Notes: generated by a model not told the origin, from the letters alone. 64,000 nucleotides of DNA from an uncultured Gemmatimonadaceae bacterium (GCA_963790305.1 CAWBOC010000009.1:736001-800000), one strand, 5' to 3'. Counted from the first letter of the stretch, positions 43,596 through 53,037 are shown. Numbers and translations are program-made.

Positions 43596-44732
43596 ATGGC
43601 CACATTCCTTCGAACGGTCGAGAGCTTCGTTCAGGGCGCGCGCACAATGCCGCAGCGCTATTACGTGGGCGAGGAGGTGTTCGCTCTCGAGCAGGACCGC
43701 ATCTTCGCGCGGTCCTGGCTCTGCATCGGACGCAGCGCCGAGCTGGCCGAGCCGGGCGCATACAAGCTGCAGGCGATCGGGGCGGACAGCGTAATCATCC
43801 TGCGCGAGAAGAGCGGCGCGCTGCGCGCCTTTCATAACGTGTGTCGCCATCGCGGGACGCGTCTGTGCGAAGCAGAGCGCGGGACGCTTCGCGAGACGAT
43901 TCAGTGTCCCTACCACGCCTGGACCTATGCGCTCGACGGGCGCCTCATCGGCGCGCCGCACATGCAGGAGGTCGCGGGGTTCGACAAGAAGGAGTATTCC
44001 CTCGTCGGCGTCGCGCTCGAGGAGTGGGAGGGCTTCGTCTTCATCAACATGGCGCCGAACCCGGAGCCATTCGAAAAGGTGTACGGGCCATTGCTTGGGC
44101 GCTTCGCCCGCTTCAACCTGGCGGGGCTGAAGGTCGCCAGACGCATCGAGTACACCGTGAAGTCGAACTGGAAGCTCGTGCTCCAGAACTACAACGAGTG
44201 CCTGCACTGCCCGACCATTCATCCGCAGCTCTCGCGTGTGCTTCCCTACACGAGCGGCGCCAACGATCTCACCGCGGGACCCTTCCTCGGCGGCTTCATG
44301 GAGATTGCGCCTCCGCACGTCAGTGCGACGATGAGCGGGCGGGCGTGCGGGCTGCCGATCGGGACGCTTCCGGAGGAGGACCAGCGCCGCGCGTACTACT
44401 ACAGCCTGTTCCCGGCCTGGATGCTCAGCATCCACCCGGACTACGTCGTGTACTACATGGTGTGGCCGCAGTCGCCGAGCGAAACGAAGATCATCTCGGA
44501 GTGGATGTTCCATCCCGACACGATCGCGCGCCCTGACTTCGACCCGTCGGATGCGGTCGAGTTCTGGGATGTCACGAACACCCAGGATTGGCACATCTGC
44601 GAGCTGAGCCATGCCGGGATCGCGTCGCGGGCGTACGTCCCGGGCCCGTACTCTCCGAGGGAGAGTGTTCCGGCTGCGTGGGACAGGGAGTATCTCGGCC
44701 GGATGAGTGACGCGGGTGGACCGCGGGCTTAG
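43596..44732 (+). CDS. Rieske non-heme iron oxygenase alpha subunit (betaine/choline monooxygenase-like)
   Basis: CRH..CPYH, NWK, ECLHCPTIH, QD. Confidence 0.9.
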   Translation: MATFLRTVESFVQGARTMPQRYYVGEEVFALEQDRIFARSWLCIGRSAELAEPGAYKLQAIGADSVIILREKSGALRAFHNVCRHRGTRLCEAERGTLRETIQCPYHAWTYALDGRLIGAPHMQEVAGFDKKEYSLVGVALEEWEGFVFINMAPNPEPFEKVYGPLLGRFARFNLAGLKVARRIEYTVKSNWKLVLQNYNECLHCPTIHPQLSRVLPYTSGANDLTAGPFLGGFMEIAPPHVSATMSGRACGLPIGTLPEEDQRRAYYYSLFPAWMLSIHPDYVVYYMVWPQSPSETKIISEWMFHPDTIARPDFDPSDAVEFWDVTNTQDWHICELSHAGIASRAYVPGPYSPRESVPAAWDREYLGRMSDAGGPRA

Positions 44733-44739
44733 AGGTTCA

Positions 44740-44854
44740 ACGGCAAAGATGTCAGATGTCAGAATACAGATTTCAGAGTTCAGACTGCTCGGGTCCTGGG
44801 CCTGCGAGTTCTGAATTCTGAATTCTGTATTCTGACATCTGACATCTTTGCCGT
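44740..44854. repeat. Palindromic element D1, 7-mer unit (TTCAGAA / GTCAGAT)
   Basis: 31-bp perfect arm ACGGCAAAGATGTCAGATGTCAGAATACAGA, about 45-bp total stem. Confidence 0.93.
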
Positions 44855-44926
44855 GGCCAGCCTTCCGTTTTTGCGGTTTGTGACCCCAACTCGTATACTC
44901 TTTTCCCCCGCAGAAGGAGTGCAACG

Positions 44927-47689
44927 ATGCACTTTCGTCTTGTCCCTCTGATGGCGCTGGCCGTAGCCCTAGGTCCGCAGATCCTGGCTCAAGCGCGCCC
45001 GGCCAATCAGGGCATTCCCGACATCAGGTACGAGAAGTTCGTCCTCCCCAACGGGCTCACCGTGATCGTGCACGAGGATCACAAGGCGCCCATCGTCGCG
45101 GTCAACCTGTGGTATCACGTCGGCTCGAAGAACGAGAAGCTCGGACGAACTGGCTTCGCGCACCTGTTCGAGCACCTCATGTTCAACGGGTCGGAGCACT
45201 ATAACGACGACTACTTCAAGCCGCTCGAGAAGGTCGGCGCCACCGACCTCAACGGCACCACCAACTTCGACCGGACGAACTACTTCCAGAACGTCCCGAC
45301 GTCGGCGCTCGACCTCGTGCTGTTCCTCGAGTCCGACCGCATGGGGCACCTGTTAGGCGCGATCGATCAGCCGCGGCTCGACGAGCAGCGCGGCGTCGTG
45401 CAGAATGAAAAGCGACAGGGAGAGAATCAGCCCTACGGCAAGGCGTTCTCGAACATCGTCGAGAACACGTATCCGCGCGGGCATCCGTACTCCTGGTCGG
45501 TGATCGGGTCGATGGAGGATCTGAGCGCCGCCGCTCTCGCGGACGTCCAGGACTGGTTCAAGTCGTACTACGGGCCGAACAACGCCGTCATTGTGATTGC
45601 GGGCGACATCGACGCCGCGACCGCGCGTCAGAAGGTGGAGAAATACTTCGGCGCCATCCCGCCCAGCCCGCCGATCGCGAAGCAGGACAAGTGGGTCGCG
45701 AAGATGACCGGCACCCACCGCGGCATGATGCAGGACCGCGTGCCGCAGGCGCGTATCTACAAGATCTGGAACGTTCCGGAATGGGGATCGCCGGAAGCCG
45801 ACCACCTCAGCCTCGTCGCCAACGTCCTGGCCGACGGCAAGAGCTCTCGATTCTACAAGAGACTCGTCTACGACGACCGCATCGCCACCGATGTGCAGGC
45901 GTTCGTCTTCCAGAAGGAGATCGGCAGCCAGTTCTTCATCCAGGCACGCCCGCAGCCCGGTGGCGATCTCGCCGCGGTGGAGCGCGCGATCGACGAGGAG
46001 CTGGCGCGATTCATCGCGGAAGGTCCGACGCCCGCCGAGCTGCAGCGGGTGAAGACGCAATTCCGGTCGAACTTCATTCGTGGGGCCGAGCGCATCGGCG
46101 GCTTCGGTGGAAAGTCCGACATTCTGGCGACGAACATGGTGTACGCGGGGAATCCCGAGCACTATCGCGTCACCCTTCAACGGGTCGCCAGTGCCACCGC
46201 CGCGCAGCTGCGGGCCGCGGCGCGCGACTGGCTCTCCGATGGCGTCTACGCGCTCGAAGTGCATCCCTATCCACAGCTTCAGGCCTCCAGCAGGCCGCTC
46301 GATCGCTCGAAGCTGCCCGATGTCGCTGCGCCCCCGGCGCCGAAGTTCCCGACGATCGCGACGGCGACACTGTCCAATGGGCTCAAGGTGTATCTGGCCG
46401 AGCGCAGTGACGTCCCACTCGTGAACTTCAACCTGATGATCGACGCGGGCTATGCGGCCGACCGGACGGGAGTGCTCGGCACGGCCAGTCTCGCCATGAA
46501 CATGATGGACGAAGGCACGAAGACTCGCTCAGCCCTCCAGATCAGCGACGCGCTCCAGCGCCTTGGAGCTCAGCTTGGGACGGGATCGGACGTCGACATG
46601 TCGACGGTCACCCTGTCGACGCTCAAGGCGAACATGGATTCGTCGCTGCAGATCTTTGCCGACGTCGCCCTCAACCCCAGCTTCCCGCAGAGCGACTTCG
46701 AACGGCTTCGCAAGCTCCAGCTGGCGCAGATCCAGCGGGAGAAGGTGACGCCGGTGCAGATGGCCCTGCGCGTGTTCCCGGTGCTGCTCTATGGCAGCGG
46801 ACACGCCTACGGCATCCCGCTCACCGGATCGGGGACCGAGGAGTCGGTGACACGGCTGACGACGGCCGACCTCGCGAGCTTCCACCGGACATGGTTCAAG
46901 CCGAACAATGCGTCGCTCATCGTCGTCGGAGCGACGACGCTCGCCGAGATCACGCCGAAGCTCGAGCGTCTGTTCGGCCGTTGGCAACGTGGTGACGTGC
47001 CTCGCAAGAACATTGGCGAGGTCGCGCATCAACCGCGCTCGGCGGTGTATCTGATCGATCGCCCGGGATCCGAGCAATCGATCATCTTCGCCGGCCATGT
47101 CGCGCCCCCCAAGGCCAATCCCGCCGAGATCGCGATCATCACGATGAACGACATCCTGGGCGGAAGCTTCACCTCTCGCGTGAACATGAACCTGCGTGAA
47201 GGGAAGCACTGGTCGTACGGGGCCTTCAGCCTGCTGTTCGACGCGCGCGGGCAGCGCCCGTTCATTGTCTACGCGCCGGTGCAAACGGACAAGACGAAGG
47301 AGTCGTTGGCGGAGGTAGTCAGCGAGCTGCGCGGCATCGTCCGTGACAAGCCGGTCACTCCGGAGGAGCTTGCCAAAGCGCAGGCGAATCTGACGCTGAG
47401 CCTTCCCGGCCAGTGGGAAACAATCGGAGCGGTCGGCGGCTCGATCGCCGAGATCGTGCGCTTCGATCTGCCTCACGACTACTACGACACGTTCTCCTCG
47501 AAGGTACGTGAGCTGAAGGTGGCCGACCTGGCGAACGTCGCGCGCGAAACGGTGCAACCGGACAAGCTGGTGTGGGTGGTGGTCGGTGATCGCGCAAAGA
47601 TCGAGGCGGGAATTCGTGAGCTGAATCTGGGACCGTTGCAGTTCCTCGACGCGGATGGCAAGCCGGCGCAGATGGCCGAGGTGCCTTAG
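44927..47689 (+). CDS. M16 family zinc protease (pitrilysin/PqqL-like), exported
   Basis: HLFEH, signal peptide, duplicated M16 halves; RBS AAGGAG. Confidence 0.95.
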   Translation: MHFRLVPLMALAVALGPQILAQARPANQGIPDIRYEKFVLPNGLTVIVHEDHKAPIVAVNLWYHVGSKNEKLGRTGFAHLFEHLMFNGSEHYNDDYFKPLEKVGATDLNGTTNFDRTNYFQNVPTSALDLVLFLESDRMGHLLGAIDQPRLDEQRGVVQNEKRQGENQPYGKAFSNIVENTYPRGHPYSWSVIGSMEDLSAAALADVQDWFKSYYGPNNAVIVIAGDIDAATARQKVEKYFGAIPPSPPIAKQDKWVAKMTGTHRGMMQDRVPQARIYKIWNVPEWGSPEADHLSLVANVLADGKSSRFYKRLVYDDRIATDVQAFVFQKEIGSQFFIQARPQPGGDLAAVERAIDEELARFIAEGPTPAELQRVKTQFRSNFIRGAERIGGFGGKSDILATNMVYAGNPEHYRVTLQRVASATAAQLRAAARDWLSDGVYALEVHPYPQLQASSRPLDRSKLPDVAAPPAPKFPTIATATLSNGLKVYLAERSDVPLVNFNLMIDAGYAADRTGVLGTASLAMNMMDEGTKTRSALQISDALQRLGAQLGTGSDVDMSTVTLSTLKANMDSSLQIFADVALNPSFPQSDFERLRKLQLAQIQREKVTPVQMALRVFPVLLYGSGHAYGIPLTGSGTEESVTRLTTADLASFHRTWFKPNNASLIVVGATTLAEITPKLERLFGRWQRGDVPRKNIGEVAHQPRSAVYLIDRPGSEQSIIFAGHVAPPKANPAEIAIITMNDILGGSFTSRVNMNLREGKHWSYGAFSLLFDARGQRPFIVYAPVQTDKTKESLAEVVSELRGIVRDKPVTPEELAKAQANLTLSLPGQWETIGAVGGSIAEIVRFDLPHDYYDTFSSKVRELKVADLANVARETVQPDKLVWVVVGDRAKIEAGIRELNLGPLQFLDADGKPAQMAEVP

Positions 47690-47697
47690 CCTTAGGA

Positions 47698-47809
47698 ACG
47701 GCAAAGATGTCAGATGTCAGAATACAGAATTCAGAATTCAGAGTGCCCGGATCCTGGGCCGGCGAAATCTGAATTCTGAAATCTGTATTCTGATATCTGA
47801 CATCTTTGC
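47698..47809. repeat. Palindromic element D2 (copy of D1, same orientation)
   Basis: Same arms and similar central segment. Confidence 0.93.
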
Positions 47810-47820
47810 TTTTACTCGAA

Positions 47821-48210
47821 ATGATAAAGACTTACGGCCTTACTCACCTTGCGATCGGAGTAGAAGATCCCGAGCGAGCTCTGCTCTTTTATCAGAAAGT
47901 TCTCGGGGTGATCCCCGTCTACAAGGAGAAGGATTTCATTCAGGCGCAAACGCCCGGCAGCCGCGACGTGCTTGTGTTTCAGAAAACGAAACGGCGGGCG
48001 CGCTCGTCAGGCTCGATCGCGCATTTCGGATTTCGTCTCGTCGACCCCGCGGACATCCTCGGCGCTGTACGTGCCGTCGAGCAGGCGGGCGGCAGTGTAC
48101 TCGATCAGGGCGAATTCTGCCCGGGCGAGCCGTACGTGTTCTTCCGCGACCTCGACGGCTACGAGGTCGAGATCTGGTACGAGATCCCTACCCCGGTCGA
48201 CCCTACTTAG
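47821..48210 (+). CDS. VOC family protein
   Basis: LTHLAIGV, HFGF, FFRDLDGYEVE. Confidence 0.88.
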   Translation: MIKTYGLTHLAIGVEDPERALLFYQKVLGVIPVYKEKDFIQAQTPGSRDVLVFQKTKRRARSSGSIAHFGFRLVDPADILGAVRAVEQAGGSVLDQGEFCPGEPYVFFRDLDGYEVEIWYEIPTPVDPT

Positions 48211-49135
48211 TCTCGGTCGTTCCCGCCGCGGGGCCGGTGACGCGCTTCTTCTGCTCCACGACCTTCGCCGCCCCCGCTTCCGGGCGGATCCCCCCGCCGA
48301 ACTTGACGGCCCACGCCTGCGTGAACTCCGCGCCGAAGAGCACGATATGCGAGGCGTAGTAGATCCAGATGAGGATCACCGCCAGCGTGCCCGCTGAGCC
48401 GAAGGAGCTGCCGGGATCGCTGCGTCCGAGGTAGAACCCGATCAGGAACTTGCCGATCACGAAGAGAATCGTGGTCACGATCGCGCCGACCCACACGTCG
48501 CGCCACGCAACCTCGGCGTCGGGAAGAACCTTGAACATCGCCGCGAAGAGAAGTGTCACGACAATGAACGCGAAGGCGAACTCGAGGACGAGCATCACCG
48601 ACTCGTTGATTCCTCCGCCGTACCGTTCGCTGAGCGCGGTGATCGCCGCGGTGATCGCGAGCGAAACGATCAGGAGAAACACGATGCCGAGAATGAGACC
48701 CAGCGAAAAGACGCGCTTGGTGATGAAGTTCCGTATCCCTCCCTGCGACGGATCGGGCTCGACATGCCACGCCGTATTCAGTGCTCCCTGCAGCTGAAGG
48801 AAGGCGCCTGTCGCACCGAAGGCGAGCATGCCGAGGCCGGCAATCGTCGCCATGGGGCCCTGTCCTCCCGTCGGGTCCTTGTGCGCCACCATCGTCAGGA
48901 CCTCCCGGGACGCCTGCTCGCCCATGAGATCCCTGATCTGATATCCGATCGCGTTCTGAACCTCCTGAGGATTCCAGATTATCCCGGCCAGCAGGAGAAG
49001 CAGCGCGATCAGCGGCGCAAGCGCGAAGACCGTATAATAGGACAACGCAGCGGCGAGCCGCGGGCAGTCATCGCGGAAGAATTTCTTTCCCGATTCCTTG
49101 AACAGCTCGAGCACATCCCGCGGACGGATCTTCAT
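48203..49135 (-). CDS. YihY/BrkB family membrane protein
   Basis: AAALSYYTVFALAP, ALNTAW, FGSAG, WIYY..LFGAE. Confidence 0.9.
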   Translation of the reverse strand: MKIRPRDVLELFKESGKKFFRDDCPRLAAALSYYTVFALAPLIALLLLLAGIIWNPQEVQNAIGYQIRDLMGEQASREVLTMVAHKDPTGGQGPMATIAGLGMLAFGATGAFLQLQGALNTAWHVEPDPSQGGIRNFITKRVFSLGLILGIVFLLIVSLAITAAITALSERYGGGINESVMLVLEFAFAFIVVTLLFAAMFKVLPDAEVAWRDVWVGAIVTTILFVIGKFLIGFYLGRSDPGSSFGSAGTLAVILIWIYYASHIVLFGAEFTQAWAVKFGGGIRPEAGAAKVVEQKKRVTGPAAGTTETK

Positions 49136-49180
49136 GACAGCTCCTGTGACGTCGGTCACAGGGGAGGCAAGGCAAAGTCG

Positions 49181-49534
49181 ATGCCCGTCCAACGCGATTA
49201 CATATTACGCCTCCTTGAGCAGGCAGCAGCCGTCGTGCGACGACTGCGCGAGCTGCTCAGCGCTGGCACCGGGGAGCCCGTAGTGATGGTTGATGAGGCG
49301 CGTGCCGCGCAGGCCGCGCTCTTCGGCAATTCGTGGCCGCTCCTTCAACAGGTGAACGTGCCCACGGCGACCGCTCTCGTGCGCGACCCCCGTCAGCTGG
49401 CGGTGTGGGCCGATCTTCTGCGAGTGGAAGCGCAGGCAACCCGCGCTATTGGTGATGAAAAGCGCGCCAGCTACCTCGAATCGCGAGCCGAGGAAATCGG
49501 GACGGCCGCGGTCCGTACCGCGCAGGCGCAGTAG
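49181..49534 (+). CDS. Hypothetical helical protein
   Basis: MPVQRDYILRLLEQ N-terminus; fills gap. Confidence 0.65.
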   Translation: MPVQRDYILRLLEQAAAVVRRLRELLSAGTGEPVVMVDEARAAQAALFGNSWPLLQQVNVPTATALVRDPRQLAVWADLLRVEAQATRAIGDEKRASYLESRAEEIGTAAVRTAQAQ

Positions 49535-49539
49535 ACTGC

Positions 49540-50214
49540 ATGGGAGCCGTCGCATTGCATCGCGGAATGCTCGTGCTTGGGCTGATTGCGTGTCGTGTCA
49601 TTCCCGAGCAGGAAGAGGGTCGCGTCGATACCAGCGCGCACGCCGACACGCAGACGATCGATCTCGCCGCTCCCCCACGCGAGCCTCCAGCTCTCGCCGA
49701 CACGCTCACCGCGCTCGACAACGCCGACTCGATTCGCCGGGACACGACGAACCCGCCCGTTCCGCAGGATGCGGAGCTGAGCGCGCTTGCAAAGACGCTG
49801 ACGATCCCCGTCGTCGGTGTGAAATCGGAAGATCTGCTGGATACGTTCAACGAGAAGCGCGGGGAGCGACGTCACGACGCACTCGACATTCCTGCGCCTC
49901 GCGGGACGCCCGTGCTCGCGGCGACCAACGGTCGTGTACTGCGGCTCTTCACGAGCGCGCGCGGCGGCTTGATGATCTACACCGCCGACTCGACGGAGCG
50001 CTTCGTACTGATGTACGCGCACCTCGACGGCTACGCCGACGGCGTCAGCGATAACGGCCCGCTCCGTCGCGGTCAGGTGATCGGCTATGTCGGGACGACG
50101 GGGAATGCGCCACCGAACGTGCCGCACCTGCACTTCGCGATCGCCCGTTCATCGGACGTCTCGCGTTGGTGGGAGGGGACGCCGGTGGATCCGTTGCCGT
50201 TACTGCGGAGGTAG
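49540..50214 (+). CDS. M23 metallopeptidase, probable lipoprotein
   Basis: HDALD, YAHL, PHLH; LIAC lipobox. Confidence 0.9.
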   Translation: MGAVALHRGMLVLGLIACRVIPEQEEGRVDTSAHADTQTIDLAAPPREPPALADTLTALDNADSIRRDTTNPPVPQDAELSALAKTLTIPVVGVKSEDLLDTFNEKRGERRHDALDIPAPRGTPVLAATNGRVLRLFTSARGGLMIYTADSTERFVLMYAHLDGYADGVSDNGPLRRGQVIGYVGTTGNAPPNVPHLHFAIARSSDVSRWWEGTPVDPLPLLRR

Positions 50215-50297
50215 TCGAGGTGGTCCAGGCAGTCGAGGTGATCAACGTGAAGGCGCCTCGATCACGTCGACATCCTCGAAAACCTCGACAACCTTCG
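50208..50297. repeat. Palindromic element C2 (same 9-mer family as C1)
   Basis: AGTCGAGGT GGTCCAGGC AGTCGAGGT GATCAACGT ... GCCTCGATC ACGTCGACA TCCTCGAAA ACCTCGACA. Confidence 0.82.
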
Positions 50298-50792
50298 CTA
50301 TCGGGTGTTCCGGATCTCGCGAAGAATCTCGCGCGGCGAATACCCGGGGCAGAACCACTGGGTGGTCGTCGCGGCAGCAGAGATCGACAGGTGCCCGGTC
50401 CTCGGCAGCACCTGCATCGCGCCGACGGTGAGTCCCCAGAGTACGATGACGAGGGAGAGCGCGTGGCAGCGGGCCATGCGGGTGCGCCAGGTCCACTGCA
50501 CCGACCACAGGCCGCCGACCATCACGACTACCGAGGCTCCGAGGAACCAGAACAGTCCCGAGCCGCAGTCGCGCGCGTAAGGCCAGAAGTAGATGCCGAC
50601 GGCAACAGCGAGTGAGAGACCGATGCGGAGCATCGCGCCGTTGGTCAGCTCTTCGGGGGAGAGCGGGGTGGCGGCGAGCCCATTGGCGGAAATACGACCC
50701 GGCTTGCCTGTGGCGCCGTGCGTGTCGTACTCGCGCTCGATCTTCTTGAGCTCGGCCTTCCAGTTAATGATGTCTGTCACGGGTGGCTCCAT
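50298..50792 (-). CDS. Hypothetical membrane protein
   Basis: INWKAELKKIER, WPYARDCG, three TM. Confidence 0.72.
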   Translation of the reverse strand: MEPPVTDIINWKAELKKIEREYDTHGATGKPGRISANGLAATPLSPEELTNGAMLRIGLSLAVAVGIYFWPYARDCGSGLFWFLGASVVVMVGGLWSVQWTWRTRMARCHALSLVIVLWGLTVGAMQVLPRTGHLSISAAATTTQWFCPGYSPREILREIRNTR

Positions 50793-50948
50793 AGGCGTAA
50801 CGACCCTGCACAGGTGAGACGGGGCAGCGGCGCGCAGGGCAACGCCCTTCTTGACGGCTCCTCTTCGGTCGACCGTATGGTCGTTTCCCGGCGACCCGAA
50901 CACGCGCCAAATTGCGGGGTATTTCGTGGACCTTTCACCTGACGAAAC

Positions 50949-51677
50949 GTGACGACCGACCGAACGATTGTAGGAACCGCCATTCTCGCCGTGGGCCTCG
51001 TGCTGGCGGGATTGCTCGTGGGCGGCGGGTTCGCGAAGGGGCGCGACGCCGATCACTTCGTCACCGTGAAGGGAGTCTCCGAGCGCGAAGCACGAGCCGA
51101 CCTCGCGATCTGGCCGCTCGCCATCGTCGCCGCCGACAATGACCTGAGCCGCGCGCACGCGAGCCTGCTGCGCAGCGTGCGTGAGATCAAGACGTTCCTC
51201 GCCCGCAACCAGCTCGACACCACCGAGCTCACGCTCCAGCAGTTCGTCGTTTCCGACGCGCTCACGAACCAGTACGGCGGTGGGAACGTGACGACGCGAT
51301 TCGTGATCCGGCAGACGGTCGTCGTTCGCTCGACGCAGCCCGAACGCGTGGCGGCGGCAAGCCAGCGCGTGGGAGAGCTGGTGAGCGCAGGCGTCGTGCT
51401 CTCGTCAGGCGGCGAGTATGGGCCGGGTGGGCCGACCTACGTCTTCACCAAGCTCAACGACCTGAAGCCGCCGATGATCGCCGAGGCGACGGCGCGCGCC
51501 CGCGAGGCGGCCGAGCAGTTCGCTCGCGACGCGCGCAGCGAGCTTGGCGGCATTCGACGGGCGAACCAGGGGATCTTCGAGATCCTCCCCCGCGACCAGG
51601 CGCCGGGCATCTTCGAAGGGAACCAGATTCTGAAGACGGTGCGCGTGGTGTCGACGATCGAGTATCTGCTGGATTGA
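50949..51677 (+). CDS. SIMPL (DUF541) domain protein
   Basis: VTVKGVSERE..ADLAIW, LKPPMIAEAT..AREAAEQFA, ANQG. Confidence 0.88.
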   Translation: MTTDRTIVGTAILAVGLVLAGLLVGGGFAKGRDADHFVTVKGVSEREARADLAIWPLAIVAADNDLSRAHASLLRSVREIKTFLARNQLDTTELTLQQFVVSDALTNQYGGGNVTTRFVIRQTVVVRSTQPERVAAASQRVGELVSAGVVLSSGGEYGPGGPTYVFTKLNDLKPPMIAEATARAREAAEQFARDARSELGGIRRANQGIFEILPRDQAPGIFEGNQILKTVRVVSTIEYLLD

Positions 51678-51711
51678 GGCGCTAGAGGCGCTAAAGGCGC
51701 TAAAGGCGCTA
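51676..51711. repeat. Element E1 left array, 4 x RAGGCGCTA
   Basis: GAGGCGCTA GAGGCGCTA AAGGCGCTA AAGGCGCTA. Confidence 0.92.
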
Positions 51712-52106
51712 ACCACCGCGCGGTAGCAGACTCTGTTGCAGGCGGTACAAAAGAAAGCCGGTTCGTCGGGCCGCGTCCGCTGCCGCCTCAATCGCCGTTT
51801 CAGGGAGGTACTCGAGCAGCGTGATCGCTTCGAGGTGCGTCTCCAGCTCGCGCAGTGACCCTGACGCGATAGAGAGATGGCGAAGGTAATCCCCACGCGT
51901 GGAACGCCCGAACCCTTCAGCGATGTTGGCCGGAACCGAGACGGCGGCGCGTCGCAGTTGTGCAGCCAATCCGTATCGTTCCGATCCGGAAGCTGGCGAG
52001 CGACTCGATAGACTTCCACGAGCAGCAGCATGGTGTTCCGCCACGTGACGAGGTCACGGTGCGTCTTGTGCGACGGGCGGGAGCCAGACTGCTGTTGAGC
52101 GATCAC
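51709..52106 (-). pseudogene. Four-helix bundle protein (23S rRNA IVP / Avd-like family), frameshifted near 51984 (pseudogene or assembly error)
   Basis: HRDLVTW...[10 protein letters not shown] in one frame continues as [26 protein letters not shown]...[14 protein letters not shown] in another; adding one base restores QLPDSERYG. Confidence 0.88.
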
Positions 52107-52173
52107 GCCGGAGTATGAGGCCCTTTCGCGGACGAGATAGCATCGTTCAATCTCCAGCCGTACCTCCTCGGCG

Positions 52174-52218
52174 CAGCGCCTCTAGCGCCTCTAGCGCCTC
52201 TAGCACCTCTAGCGCTTT
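52174..52218. repeat. Element E1 right array, 5 x TAGCGCCTC (inverse of left array)
   Basis: CAGCGCCTC TAGCGCCTC TAGCGCCTC TAGCACCTC TAGCGCTTT. Confidence 0.92.
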
Positions 52219-52329
52219 CGACGTCAGGAAATTGTCGAGTCATCATCAACCGCGCGTCGGCGATCTTTGGCGCTGGACACTCTCGCTCCACACGCTTATC
52301 ACTTGAGAACTAGGCCTCCAGCCCCACGC

Positions 52330-52764
52330 ATGCGCAAACGACTCATTCTCTCGCTCATCACGCTCGCGGTCGCCGCGCCGTCGATCGGTGCCGCGCAAAA
52401 CGGGAAAGGTCCGCCGCCCGTGCCCAAGCGCGACACCGTCGCGGTGGCACTCGTCTCCACGGATTCCGTGGCGGCAGGCCAGGTCGAGAGGGTCGTTCGC
52501 GGACGACATCGTGAAGTGCAGTTCTGCTTCGAGGAGAGCGGACTCAAGACCGATCCCGAGCTGTCAGGCACGTTCGCGATGGTGATTAGCCTCGATACGC
52601 TCGGAACCGTGTCGCGCGTCGATCCGTCGTGGCGCGAGTGGAGCGGGCCTGACGGCACCGCTGTCGAGGCGTGCGTGATGCAGCGCGCGCTCACGTGGAA
52701 GTTTCCCGCGTACCTCGCCGTGGCCACGCCGCGGCACGAGGTCACCTTTCAGTTCTCGCGATAG
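52330..52764 (+). CDS. Exported protein with AgmX/PglI C-terminal (TonB-C-like) domain
   Basis: Signal peptide; VQFCFE..LK.DPELSG...VEACV....WKFP. Confidence 0.75.
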   Translation: MRKRLILSLITLAVAAPSIGAAQNGKGPPPVPKRDTVAVALVSTDSVAAGQVERVVRGRHREVQFCFEESGLKTDPELSGTFAMVISLDTLGTVSRVDPSWREWSGPDGTAVEACVMQRALTWKFPAYLAVATPRHEVTFQFSR

Positions 52765-53037
52765 ATGCCCTGCCTCTTCGCGGTCTTCGCGCTCGTCACA
52801 CCGCGGCTGCTGATACTTTTCCTCTACTTCTTCACCACCTGGTTCCACGGCATCTTCGCTTCGCTCCTGTTCCCGATCCTCGGTTTCGTCTTTCTTCCGA
52901 CGACGCTCCTCTGGTATTCGGCGGTGCACCACTGGTTTGGCGGACAGTGGAGTCTCTGGCCGATCGTTGGCCTCGTCGTCGCTCTCATGATCGACATCTC
53001 GCCGGCGGGCGGGCGGCGTCGCCGCAAGGCCGCGTGA
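52765..53037 (+). CDS. Small membrane protein
   Basis: PRL, LGFVFLPTTLLWY. Confidence 0.75.
   Translation: MPCLFAVFALVTPRLLILFLYFFTTWFHGIFASLLFPILGFVFLPTTLLWYSAVHHWFGGQWSLWPIVGLVVALMIDISPAGGRRRRKAA

Noticed and set aside
51709..52106. Diversity-generating retroelement (Avd-like gene)
   Set aside because: No reverse transcriptase and no TR/VR pair seen in the window.
51676..52218. Short repeat arrays as CRISPR
   Set aside because: Units are 7-9 bp, tandem without spacers, and inverted; no cas genes.
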